DNA from: Balanoglossus misakiensis
Taxonomy: Eukaryota > Animalia > Hemichordata
Direction: 5' to 3'
Length of the DNA: 64,000 nucleotides
Assembly: GCA_040954595.2 (NCBI GenBank)
Contig: CM082585.2
Span: 11,745,863 to 11,809,862, forward strand
In this document: positions 13,801 to 26,600 of the stretch, in pieces
Layout: every line of letters starts with the position of its first letter
Position numbering within the stretch: the stretch's first letter is position 1
The notes under the pieces: model-generated
The model's input: the letters and a program-made list of their open reading frames with translations, nothing else
Told to the model about the DNA's origin: nothing
Database searches by the model: none
Position numbers and translations under genes: made by a program

Positions 13801-16800
13801 TTGGAGTTTGCGAATTTTGAAAATTTGGCCATTTTTTGAAAAAAATCATGGGTTATAGCTCAGGAAAATCGTCAAAAATCGACGATTTTTGGAGTTTGCG
13901 AATTTTGAAAATTTGGCCATTTTTTGAAAAAATCATGGGTTATAGCTCAGGAAAATCGTCAAAAATGGACGATTTTTGGAGTTTGCGAATTTTGAAAATT
14001 TGGCCATTTTTTGAAAAAATCATGGGTTATAGCTCAGGAAAATCGTCAAAAACGGACGATTTTTGGAGTTTGCGAATTTTGAAAATTTGGCCATTTTTTG
14101 AAAAAATCATGGGTTATAGCTCAGGAAAATCGTCAAAAACGGACGATTTTTGGAGTTTGCGAATTTTGAAAATTTGGCCATTTTTTGAAAAAATCATGGG
14201 TTATAGCTCAGGAAAATCGTCAAAAATGGACGATTTTTGGAGTTTGCGAATTTTAAAAATTTAGCCATTTTTTGAAAAAATCATGGGTTATAGCTCAGGA
14301 AAATCGTCAAAAATCGACGATTTTTGGAGTTTGCGAATTTTGAAAATTTGGCCATTTTTTGAAAAAATCATGGGTTATAGCTCAGGAAAATCGTCAAAAA
14401 TCGACGATTTTTGGAGTTTGCGAATTTTGAAAATTTGGCCATTTTTTGAAAAAATCATGGGTTATAGCTCAGGAAAATCGTCAAAAATCGACGATTTTTG
14501 GAGTTTGCGAATTTTGAAAATTTGGCCATTTTTTGAAAAAATCATGGGTTATAGCTCAGGAAAATCGTCAAAAATCGACGATTTTTGGAGTTTGCGAATT
14601 TTGAAAATTTGGCCATTTTTTGAAAAAATCATGGGTTATAGCTCAGGAAAATCGTCAAAAACGGACGATTTTTGGAGTTTGCGAATTTTGAAAATTTGGC
14701 CATTTTTTGAAAAAATCATGGGTTATAGCTCAGGAAAATCGTCAAAAACGGACGATTTTTGGAGTTTGCGAATTTTGAAAATTTGGCCATTTTTTGAAAA
14801 AATCATGGGTTATAGCTCAGGAAAATCGTCAAAAATGGACGATTTTTGGAGTTTGCGAATTTTGAAAATTTGGCCATTTTTTGAAAAAATCATGGGTTAT
14901 AGCTCAGGAAAATCGTCAAAAATGGACGATTTTTGGAGTTTGCGAATTTTGAAAATTTGGCCATTTTTTGAAAAAATCATGGGTTATAGCTCAGGAAAAT
15001 CGTCAAAAATGGACGATTTTTGGAGTTTGCGAATTTTGAAAATTTGGCCATTTTTGAAAAAATCATGGGTTATAGCTCAGGAAAATCGTCAAAAATGGAC
15101 GATTTTTGGAGTTTGCGAATTTTGAAAATTTTGCCATTTTTTGAAAAAATCATGGGTTATAGCTCAGGAAAATCGTCAAAAATCGACGATTTTTGGAGTT
15201 TGCGAATTTTGAAAATTTGGCCATTTTTTGAAAAAATCATGGGTTATAGCTCAGGAAAATCGTCAAAAATCGACGATTTTTGGAGTTTGCGAATTTTGAA
15301 AATTTGGCCATTTTTTGAAAAAATCATGGGTTATAGCTCAGGAAAATCGTCAAAAATCGACGATTTTTGGAGTTTGCGAATTTTGAAAATTTGGCCATTT
15401 TTTGAAAAAATCATGGGTTATAGCTCAGGAAAATCGTCAAAAACGGACGATTTTTGGAGTTTGCGAATTTTGAAAATTTGGCCATTTTTTGAAAAAATCA
15501 TGGGTTATAGCTCAGGAAAATCGTCAAAAACGGACGATTTTTGGAGTTTGCGAATTTTGAAAATTTGGCCATTTTTTGAAAAAATCATGGGTTATAGCTC
15601 AGGAAAATCGTCAAAAATCGACGATTTTTGGAGTTTGCGAATTTTGAAAATTTGGCCATTTTTTGAAAAAATCATGGGTTATAGCTCAGGAAAATCGTCA
15701 AAAATCGACGATTTTTGGAGTTTGCGAATTTTGAAAATTTGGCCATTTTTTGAAAAAATCATGGGTTATAGCTCAGGAAAATCGTCAAAAATCGACGATT
15801 TTTGGAGTTTGCGAATTTTGAAAATTTGGCCATTTTTTGAAAAAATCATGGGTTATAGCTCAGGAAAATCGTCAAAAATCGACGATTTTTGGAGTTTGCG
15901 AATTTTGAAAATTTGGCCATTTTTTGAAAAAAATCATGGGTTATAGCTCAGGAAAATCGTCAAAAATCGACGATTTTTGGAGTTTGCGAATTTTGAAAAT
16001 TTGGCCATTTTTTGAAAAAATCATGGGTTATAGCTCAGGAAAATCGTCAAAAATGGACGATTTTTGGAGTTTGCGAATTTTGAAAATTTGGCCATTTTTT
16101 GAAAAAATCATGGGTTATAGCTCAGGAAAATCGTCAAAAACGGACGATTTTTGGAGTTTGCGAATTTTGAAAATTTGGCCATTTTTTGAAAAAATCATGG
16201 GTTATAGCTCAGGAAAATCGTCAAAAACGGACGATTTTTGGAGTTTGCGAATTTTGAAAATTTGGCCATTTTTTGAAAAAATCATGGGTTATAGCTCAGG
16301 AAAATCGTCAAAAATGGACGATTTTTGGAGTTTGCGAATTTTAAAAATTTAGCCATTTTTTGAAAAAATCATGGGTTATAGCTCAGGAAAATCGTCAAAA
16401 ATCGACGATTTTTGGAGTTTGCGAATTTTGAAAATTTGGCCATTTTTTGAAAAAATCATGGGTTATAGCTCAGGAAAATCGTCAAAAATCGACGATTTTT
16501 GGAGTTTGCGAATTTTGAAAATTTGGCCATTTTTTGAAAAAATCATGGGTTATAGCTCAGGAAAATCGTCAAAAATCGACGATTTTTGGAGTTTGCGAAT
16601 TTTGAAAATTTGGCCATTTTTTGAAAAAATCATGGGTTATAGCTCAGGAAAATCGTCAAAAATCGACGATTTTTGGAGTTTGCGAATTTTGAAAATTTGG
16701 CCATTTTTTGAAAAAATCATGGGTTATAGCTCAGGAAAATCGTCAAAAACGGACGATTTTTGGAGTTTGCGAATTTTGAAAATTTGGCCATTTTTTGAAA

Positions 16801-19510
16801 AAATCATGGGTTATAGCTCAGGAAAATCGTCAAAAACGGACGATTTTTGGAGTTTGCGAATTTTGAAAATTTGGCCATTTTTTGAAAAAATCATGGGTTA
16901 TAGCTCAGGAAAATCGTCAAAAATGGACGATTTTTGGAGTTTGCGAATTTTGAAAATTTGGCCATTTTTTGAAAAAATCATGGGTTATAGCTCAGGAAAA
17001 TCGTCAAAAATGGACGATTTTTGGAGTTTGCGAATTTTGAAAATTTGGCCATTTTTTGAAAAAATCATGGGTTATAGCTCAGGAAAATCGTCAAAAATGG
17101 ACGATTTTTGGAGTTTGCGAATTTTGAAAATTTGGCCATTTTTGAAAAAATCATGGGTTATAGCTCAGGAAAATCGTCAAAAATGGACGATTTTTGGAGT
17201 TTGCGAATTTTAAAAATTTAGCCATTTTTTGAAAAAATCATGGGTTATAGCTCAGGAAAATCGTCAAAAATCGACGATTTTTGGAGTTTGCGAATTTTGA
17301 AAATTTGGCCATTTTTTGAAAAAATCATGGGTTATAGCTCAGGAAAATCGTCAAAAATCGACGATTTTTGGAGTTTGCGAATTTTGAAAATTTGGCCATT
17401 TTTTGAAAAAATCATGGGTTATAGCTCAGGAAAATCGTCAAAAATCGACGATTTTTGGAGTTTGCGAATTTTGAAAATTTGGCCATTTTTTGAAAAAATC
17501 ATGGGTTATAGCTCAGGAAAATCGTCAAAAATCGACGATTTTTGGAGTTTGCGAATTTTGAAAATTTGGCCATTTTTTGAAAAAATCATGGGTTATAGCT
17601 CAGGAAAATCGTCAAAAATGGACGATTTTTGGAGTTTGCGAATTTTGAAAATTTGGCCATTTTTTGAAAAAATCATGGGTTATAGCTCAGGAAAATCGTC
17701 AAAAACGGACGATTTTTGGAGTTTGCGAATTTTGAAAATTTGGCCATTTTTTGAAAAAATCATGGGTTATAGCTCAGGAAAATCGTCAAAAACGGACGAT
17801 TTTTGGAGTTTGCGAATTTTGAAAATTTGGCCATTTTTTGAAAAAATCATGGGTTATAGCTCAGGAAAATCGTCAAAAATGGACGATTTTTGGAGTTTGC
17901 GAATTTTGAAAATTTGGCCATTTTTTGAAAAAATCATGGGTTATAGCTCAGGAAAATCGTCAAAAATGGACGATTTTTGGAGTTTGCGAATTTTAAAAAT
18001 TTAGCCATTTTTTGAAAAAATCATGGGTTATAGCTCAGGAAAATCGTCAAAAATCGACGATTTTTGGAGTTTGCGAATTTTGAAAATTTGGCCATTTTTT
18101 GAAAAAATCATGGGTTATAGCTCAGGAAAATCGTCAAAAATCGACGATTTTTGGAGTTTGCGAATTTTGAAAATTTGGCCATTTTTTGAAAAAAATCATG
18201 GGTTATAGCTCAGGAAAATCGTCAAAAATCGACGATTTTTGGAGTTTGCGAATTTTGAAAATTTGGCCATTTTTTGAAAAAATCATGGGTTATAGCTCAG
18301 GAAAATCGTCAAAAATCGACGATTTTTGGAGTTTGCGAATTTTGAAAATTTGGCCATTTTTTGAAAAAATCATGGGTTATAGCTCAGGAAAATCGTCAAA
18401 AATCGACGATTTTTGGAGTTTGCGAATTTTGAAAATTTGGCCATTTTTTGAAAAAATCATGGGTTATAGCTCAGGAAAATCGTCAAAAATGGACGATTTT
18501 TGGAGTTTGCGAATTTTGAAAATTTGGCCATTTTTTGAAAAAATCATGGGTTATAGCTCAGGAAAATCGTCAAAAATGGACGATTTTTGGAGTTTGCGAA
18601 TTTTGAAAATTTAGCCATTTTTTGAAAAAATCATGGGTTATAGCTCAGGAAAATCGTCAAAAATGGACGATTTTTGGAGTTTGCGAATTTTGAAAATTTG
18701 GCCATTTTTTTAAATAATCATGGGTTATAGCTCAGGAAAATCGTCAAAAATGGACGATTTTTGGAGTTTGCGAATTTTGAAAATTTGGCCATTTTTTGAA
18801 AAAATCATGGGTTATAGCTCAGGAAAATCGTCAAAAATGGACGATTTTTGGAGTTTGCGAATTTTGAAAATTTGGCCATTTTTTGAAAAAATCATGGGTT
18901 ATAGCTCAGGAAAATCGTCAAAAATGGACGATTTTTGGAGTTTGCGAATTTTAAAAATTTGGCCATTTTTTGAAAAAATCATGGGTTATAGCTCAGGAAA
19001 ATCGTCAAAAATGGACGATTTTTGGAGTTTGCGAATTTTAAAAATTTAGCCATTTTTTGAAAAAATCATGGGTTATAGCTCAGGAAAATCGTCAAAAATC
19101 GACGATTTTTGGAGTTTGCGAATTTTGAAAATTTGGCCATTTTTTGAAAAAATCATGGGTTATAGCTCAGGAAAATCGTCAAAAATCGACGATTTTTGGA
19201 GTTTGCGAATTTTGAAAATTTGGCCATTTTTTGAAAAAATCATGGGTTATAGCTCAGGAAAGTCGTCAAAAATCGACGATTTTTGGAGTTTGCGAATTTT
19301 GAAAATTTGGCCATTTTTTGAAAAAATCATGGGTTATAATAGCTCAGGAAAATCGTCAAAAATCGACGATTTTTGGAGTTTGCGAATTTTGAAAATTTGG
19401 CCATTTTTTGAAAAAATCATGGGTTATAGCTCAGGAAAATCGTCAAAAATCGACGATTTTTGGAGTTTGCGAATTTTGAAAATTTGTCCATTTTTTGAAA
19501 AAATCATGGG
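7885..19510 (-). repeat. Same 87-bp satellite in inverted orientation, right arm (~134 monomers) with variant monomers
   Basis: Reverse complement of the left-arm monomer (gatttttggagtttgcgaattttgaaaatttggcc...). Recurrent variants: atcgac/atggac/acggac, agttcaggacaa, taaaaatttagcc. Confidence 0.99.
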
Positions 19511-19805
19511 ATGATTTTCATGAGCTATAACCGATGATTTTTACAAAAAATGAAGAAATTTTGAAATTTCTCAAAGTCGAAAAATTGTCATTTTTGGATG
19601 ATTTTCATGAGCTATAACCCATGATTTTTTTCAAAAAATGAAGAAATTTTTAAAATTATCAAAGTCGGCAAATAAATTTTCGACTTTGCAAACTTTTGAT
19701 GATTTTGTCATTTTTGGATATTTTTCATGGGTTATAGCTGATGAAAATGATCAAAAAATGACAAATTTTAGACTTTGCAAAGTTTGGAAATTTCGTCATT
19801 TGTCA
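19509..19805. repeat. Diverged satellite monomers at the array edge (about two forward, then about 1.5 reverse)
   Basis: gatgattttcatgagctataacc...aaaaaatgaagaaatttt aligns to the forward monomer at 19,509-19,670. catgggttatagctgatgaaaatgatcaaaaaatgac (~19,726-19,762) aligns to the reverse monomer. Confidence 0.88.
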
Positions 19806-20520
19806 CCCTGTTTTTCTTTATATCAAATGACAATCAGCAACCATGTAACAGCAGCAACCATCAACGAACCACCCCCTCCCCCCTGTATTACTCTCTTATC
19901 AATATTTTTGGTTTCCTTTACTTTCTGTGTCATTCAGCCATTCTGTTTGAACAACTATATGGCGAGACGTTCGTTCCAAGACATGGCGTATGAAGTAGGG
20001 TACTGTAGTCTAGACATCCTATCACAGGTCTGACATTTCAAGGACGGCCACCAGGCCTCTCCTCTTGAGCAATGTACATATTAGCATTCTACTAGTATAC
20101 CATACGTGGTTTAAAAGTTCAAAATGTCATCAAAAGTTCAAAATGTCAACACAGACTGCTGTATCATGTGATCGCAGACTTTGACACATTTACACTCAGT
20201 TTACACGTACACACATCTCATGCTACAACAATTCAAACTGTTGGCCTGAAAACACTGGATAATCAAGTAAGTCTTATATATGCATGTGGTTAAACATTAT
20301 CACTTTATTCATATCTAGAGTTTTGTTTCACCAGTAATCATTGAAGATAAGAACATGTATATCCGCAGGTTTGCGGCTAGTGATTATAATTTTTGAATTT
20401 GATCAGCTTTAGGTGAAACCTTTGTCAATATCCTGTAATTACACATAATGTTTTTCTCACACCACATTTCCATTGTTGACAGAAATTAGAGTCGAGATAG
20501 AAGACAGAAGATCAGTGAAG

Positions 20521-22637
20521 ATGAGGTTTTGGTTTGCTGTTACAACTACGGGTGTCATTTTAGCATATCTATTTTACCTCCCGTTACCTGATGGGATTAC
20601 TCAACCTATGTTCCTCAGGATCACATACGCTCAACGTCAGATACTGAAACTTGTGGTGAAGATTTTATCATTTTTTTTTACATTTTCACAAAATAATGTT
20701 AAATGTGTCATTGAAGAATAACGGTTAATGTGTTATCATACTGCAAGGTGTAGTTTATTGCATGTGGCTATATAAGATTACTAATTTTTAAAGGGGAGGG
20801 GTGACCAAATGATATTTAAAAGTAATATTTAATTACATAGTTTTTGTTTTATATACAAAAAAATTATTCCATTCTTCCGATTAATATGCATAGTTAATTA
20901 GATCTACGTATTTTCTAAGTTGGGAAAAAAATCATGCTAAGAAATGTCTAGAAATAATTGAAATACACAATTATGTTATGGACATAATCCACAGACAATG
21001 GGATCTGTTGCTCTGGGTATCAAGAATCCAATTGAAGCCAGCAGAGACAACATTGATTACGAACTGTCGTTGCTAGAGTGGGGTTGTGATGAAGAACCAA
21101 GTATAACTCATACGGACACCACATTCGATGGAGTCAAAGTGCGAGTCTATGAACCAGTTGAGAAATCTACTGAGTTACTTCCTGGTATGGTCTATATCCA
21201 TGGTGGAGGTTGGACAATTAGTACTGTAGGTAAAGTTCACAGACTCTGTTGTTTCTCTACTTGGTCTTATTAACCCTTCCATCACCATGGTTCAGTCCAA
21301 ACCCATTGTTTTCTATGGTAAGGTTGGGCCTCTAAAGAGGGAACTAGGGGTGAACGGGGTTAAACGGTGGCCTCCCTGTTTCCCAGTCAACATTTACAGA
21401 CTTAGATGGTTGCAACACTATTTCGAAAGGCAACCTGTCCCCCCCTCATTTCGGCCCCTCTCCCCATACATGTAACAATGCACAGATGTTTGTATGATGG
21501 TTTCTTCATTGAAACTGCGAACGTTTCTCAGGTTGCAATCGTTCTTTCAGACACATATCATCACCAAACAAGACACATGGCGGCACGACTTGGAATTGTT
21601 CTTGTGTCGATAGAGTAAGTACTCACATTGATGAAAAACTTGTCAATTCATGTACAGCAAAGAAAAGCTTAGAAATTTGATAGTAACAGCTCTACAAAGT
21701 AAATGTCAAATTCCACTAACTAAACAAATGAAAAGGGGAATTACATACCTTTTTCATAAGACAAACAAAACAAAATCTACTTCAGTATACTGTATAGGTA
21801 AAAATAAAGGTTCGACATATTTTAACAATTTGTGACAATGATTTCTTGTTTTACAGTTATCGTTTAGCCCCTGAGAATCCTTTCCCAGCAGCTCTAGATG
21901 ATAGCATTAAAGCAATAGTGTGGTTTCTTCAACATGCAAAGGACTACGGCGTTGATGCGACTAGAATTGCTGTCGTCGGAGACAGTGCTGGAGGGAATCT
22001 AGCTGCAGCATCATCAGCATTGTTGACATTTGAAGACAAATATCTTAAAATGGGATTACCTAAACTGAAGTTCCAAGGACTGATCTATCCCGCATTGCAG
22101 GCTATTGATTTCTTGACGCCTTCCTATCAACAGAGTGACATCTTTTCGCTGTCTAAAGAAGCAATGACAAACTTCTGGTCGTGGTATCTGCTGGGAGATT
22201 TGAGATATGCAGAGGCAATGAAAACAAACAACCACACCTGCCCGCAAATGAAAGCCAAGTACAGTTTTGATTACAGTGTCATCCCAGAGAAATTTAGAAA
22301 GAAGCCATATGAACCTCCGAAGTCCATGGATTTTGGAGACGTGGAGATCTGCGAGAAGATTGGCCCCACTTTGCTGAATCCAGACTTTGCACCGTTGATG
22401 AGGGCTGATCTGAAGGGGTTACCACCGGCTTACATATTGACAGTAGAATTTGATGTGCTTAGAGATGACGGAATTCTGTATGCAAAGAAACTTGAGCAAG
22501 CCAACGTACCAGTCACATGGAAACATTATGATACAGGTTTCCATTGCATATTCAGTATTTCAGCAGGTTTGATAGCACTCGAAGTAGGCAAGGAGTGTAT
22601 GGATGACTTCTTACAATTTTCAAGAGCTTCATTGTAA
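20521..22637 (+). CDS. Arylacetamide deacetylase / neutral cholesterol ester hydrolase-like esterase (HSL-type alpha/beta hydrolase), 4 coding exons
   Basis: Exons 20521-20655, 20995-21229, 21551-21614, 21857-22637 join in frame at GT-AG sites. N-terminal membrane anchor (MRFWFAVTTTGVILAYLFYLPLP), HGGGW oxyanion motif, DYRLAPE, GDSAGG nucleophile, FDVLRDDG (Asp), GFH (His). Confidence 0.93.
21270..21363 (+). mobile_element. Short piggyBac-like MITE (TTAA-flanked, CCC...GGG ends) in esterase intron 2
   Basis: TTAA|CCCTTCCATCACC...GGGGTGAACGGGG|TTAA. Related copies at 25,976-26,067 (-) and 36,851-36,930 (+). Confidence 0.7.
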
Positions 22638-23612
22638 GGAGATTGCTTAGGGCAAATGTGTTGAGGTAGCTGGAAGATTTTTGAGGCCTCTTGTACCAAG
22701 CTAAATGGTACCTAAAATAGTTTTAACCGGTGTAAAAATGTTCACTGTACAAATGGATATATATAATCATTTTATACAGCAAGAAAAAATTAACAACTTG
22801 CAATTGGATATCATGCTTTCATCTTTTTTATTGCTTGTTGAAGTAATTCCATGATTTGTTCAAATAGTTTTACCAATAAGTCAAAAAAAAAATTTAACAG
22901 AGTTTAATTTTCTAACATTTGGATAGAGTATGCACTACAAGATTGAAATGAAGGCCATGTAAAGAACTTGTGTGATTCCCAATGCTATACTCCTTTTACA
23001 ATAAGGGTTGTGAAATAAATAAATATCAATGTCAGATTTTAAAGTAATCTTACATCTTTGAGACGTCAGAACAAAAATGTACATGATATCAGAAAAACAT
23101 AAGAAAATATAACAATTGAAATACAATGTATTAAAATATAACAATGCATAGCAACTGCAGTTCCATACCTGTCCTTCTATGGATGAAAATAAAATAACTG
23201 TTTTCTATCTTAAAATATATCTCACTTAATCAGCTACGCAAGTTCATTGTTTGGGGAGATGACACAAAATTGTAAATGTTGTGTGGCTTTTCAAAGTACT
23301 AAAGTCAAAATTTTGTGCATGCATATATTCAAGGGAAGTGTGTATAAATAAAATTAGTGTCACTATGAAGCTCTAATGACTGAATGTTTTTCTCTCTCAA
23401 ATTAAACATATCTACCTAGTAGTACTGTTAAGATACACAGTATCTTAACTGAAGCAGAGGCCACAATATGAGTGGAGTACATTTGCTAGAAACAGGATAA
23501 TGAGAATTTAATCAAAAATTAGCAAAAGTGTTACTGTATTTCCATGGTTCTGTATGAAGTTTGTCAAAGCTTGACAACCACTGAATTCCAAATGTATTGT
23601 ATGGATTCCTTC

Positions 23613-26600
23613 TCAAAAGAAGATATTTGGTTTCACAATGACGCTAGTTTGAATCAGAATGAGGAGAGTAAATGATGTCAAAACTAAAATTCCCAGCAAA
23701 TACGACGGTTTCACGTGGACATGGAATAACTTGACCTGCAAGAAATGAAATACATGTATGAGAATAAATACTGAAAAATAGCCAAAAGTAATAGCAACAA
23801 TCCCTGCATGTTCCAAGTTGACAAAAAGTTTGATTTCACTTGTCAGTAACAGAAAAGAAGAGATTTGGTAAGAACAACCTAAAAGTTTAAATTGTTACTC
23901 ACCTTCAACTTTGTTGAACCCATGAAGAGTAGAAATGAATCCAGTTCTTCCATTGAACATGTTTGATATCCAAAAACTTTGACTTCCAACCCTGCATGTC
24001 TAAACTTGTCACATTTTGCATTCAGCCTCGCAGCCTGAAATGGATCAAGAAAATGGCAATACAAAATTACATAAGGATAGAAATGTAAATTTGCATCCAA
24101 CAATCTTTCTGATTACATGCTTTCAATAAAAGTTTGAATTGCTAACATGCTGAAGTGTGATGCTGAAGTTATCACTCACCTGAACCAATGGAAACAGCAA
24201 ATACGAAACCCAAACCAGAAGAAAACAGCCTCTGTACGCCCATACAAGGGGAGTTGTAAACTTATTTAAGATGAGAAGACAAAGACCTGAAAAATAAAGA
24301 GGCGAGTCACGTCACAGACAGTTGAAGGATTACCCCTGAGTCTTGACTGAGAGATGAAGGTCAAAATGACAACAAACCAAGCACTCTGTCATGCATGGAT
24401 GTTCGTTCAGAGGACAATCCAGTACAGGGGTCTGTTCTGTTTGTCAGCTAGCAAGTCATAATACTGTTTGATTACAATCTGCATGAACAGAAAAATTATG
24501 GTTCCACAGCAATGACAAATTGACGCTATCTTGAAATAGTATTGTGATAATATTCAACATACCCATGATTGTAAGTTCAGCAAAATTGATCACACACAAT
24601 GACGTCATTTTGGCGATGGGTCCATTCAGTCTGGATATTGACTGCTTGACTCGCAAGACGTCCTTCAAAAAAACAAGTCATGTTACAATTTCATCATAAC
24701 ATCTGCTGGGTTGCTGTTCCATTGTAGTTTTAAAATGATGACAAATTGACTATGGCATTGAAAAGGAAACTATGAAAAGAGTATTGGTGGTAACACTGAT
24801 AAGACTGACCTGCATGACCACTCTGAGGTCAGCTGATTTCTCCTTCAATCTGGTGTCAATTGCACTGATGTAGTACATCAACATTTCACACTGTGTTGCA
24901 TAGTTGATGACAACTGCTGTGTTGACAGAATTCAACACCAGAATGCCGATCATCTGTATACACAACATCACGTAGTGCCAGGCATTTCTGAAATCAGAGC
25001 AATTATGGATAACAATTGAAATTCATGTATCAAACAAACATGATCTGGAAATTCTCAACTCACCAAAAAAGACCAAAGCCAATACTAACCCCAGCAGCGG
25101 TTCCAACAAGGCCGATTTATAGACATCAAAGGCTGCCAGAAATAATCCATGCAGACCAAGTGTACTCAGGGTCCATACACCTCCAAATAATAGAATACAT
25201 CTAAAATACAACATAAGACGTATATGATCAGTAACCATGAAACAGAAAATATTTATAAGGACATGGCAACTAGTTTTTGAGATGATTTTATGACAAAAAT
25301 GGCCCCATAAATACACAGCATTTGAAAGCTGATGGCTAACAAATGACATGTGACACATCAACCTGAGTGACATCACTGATAGAGGAACACCAAAATATAC
25401 ACTACCTCATTGACTTTATCATGTCAGCCTGTGTAATGGTCCCAGTCTGTAAAGGCGATGCTTGAAGAAATGTCTGTAAAGATATATAGTTTTTTTTCCA
25501 GTTCTGGTGCAAGGTACAAGAATCTACTGAAGTCTTTCTAGGCCTTGTGTAGAAGCATGGAAGGCTTGAAAAAAAATTGTATGAAGAGTTTAGTTCTGTT
25601 CAAAATTAAGACTGTTCTGAAAAGAAAGAAACTTACATGTTCAATAAGAGCGTTGAGTTCTTCATTCTCTTGAACTCGGAAGATCAAAATTCCGAGGCAA
25701 AAAGCCATGAAGTGAAGGACATCTGGGATAACATAGGATGTGAATATGTGATAGCAGTGAGGTGTCTGATGACCCTGTGAGTTGGACTGTGTTGTGACTG
25801 GGATGGTGTGTAAATGATTTTGTGGCAAGGGAGTGTAATCTGTGTGGTTGTGGTCTGCTTGTGATGTGGTGTGTATGACTGGTGCAGTTGTCACTATCTG
25901 AAACAAATAAAGAGGAAAAGAACAAAATTAAAAGACCCAGCTACTAGCTTTATTTTCACCACAACAAACTGTTCATCAACCTTTCACTCCCATTTCAACC
26001 CTCTTTAAAAGTCCAACTTTACCACAGAAAACAATGGATTTCAAACCATGGTGGTAAAAAGGGTGAAAATCATGAAATCTTACATACCCCTACAGGATCA
26101 TTGATGTCCATTCCACCTTGACAGGCCAAGATTTGATAAATATATGTGAACAACAGCAACAGAGTGATAAACAGTGGATAAACCACATTGATGAACTTCC
26201 ACCAACTTGCATAATAAATTATTTCTCTGCCAAAAGCTCTCCATCCTATCTGAAAATAAGAAGGCATGTGCCGATATAAATGCACCATATCACCAAAGGG
26301 ACTGAAGAAATTGTTCGGTTTGCAGGTATCTGGTTTATATAAGTACTCCCAGTCCTTGTTTGATAAGAACAGAACTACATGTATTTTATTATTTTGAGGT
26401 AGAGAAGTTTATATCAACTAACCAGTGACAGGAGTCTCCAGTAAGGTCTAAGTACTTGTTTTTTACATCTTCTCAGTGCTGCAGCTGTGGATGGTAACAG
26501 ACTTTCTTCTGCATCTGTGATCTACAAAAATCATGGAAAGCAAAATGTTTGCTTAGTTTTTGTGTCATAAAGCATGGTTGGCTGTGATGTTCTTCTTGTA

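Noticed and set aside
1-19510. CRISPR array or telomeric repeat interpretation
   Set aside because: No unique spacers and no cas genes, the context is eukaryotic with introns, and the unit is not a short G-rich telomere repeat.
108-19514. Many long ORFs on both strands with 29-aa repeats (MGYSSGKSSKIDDFWSLRILKIWPFFEK / MAKFSKFANSKNRRF...)
   Set aside because: By-product of an 87-bp (3 x 29) monomer lacking stops in one frame per strand. Frameshifts and stop-containing variants are freely tolerated, and there is no unique start or end domain.
21270-21363. MITE (~86 bp) as the progenitor of the 87-bp satellite
   Set aside because: Only short words (taaccc, ccatggtt) are shared and there is no collinear alignment; the similar length looks coincidental.
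23427-23449. Hairpin gttaagatac-aca-gtatcttaac downstream of the GRL-like stop codon
   Set aside because: 10-bp AT-rich arms are too short to support a terminator, ncRNA or element call.
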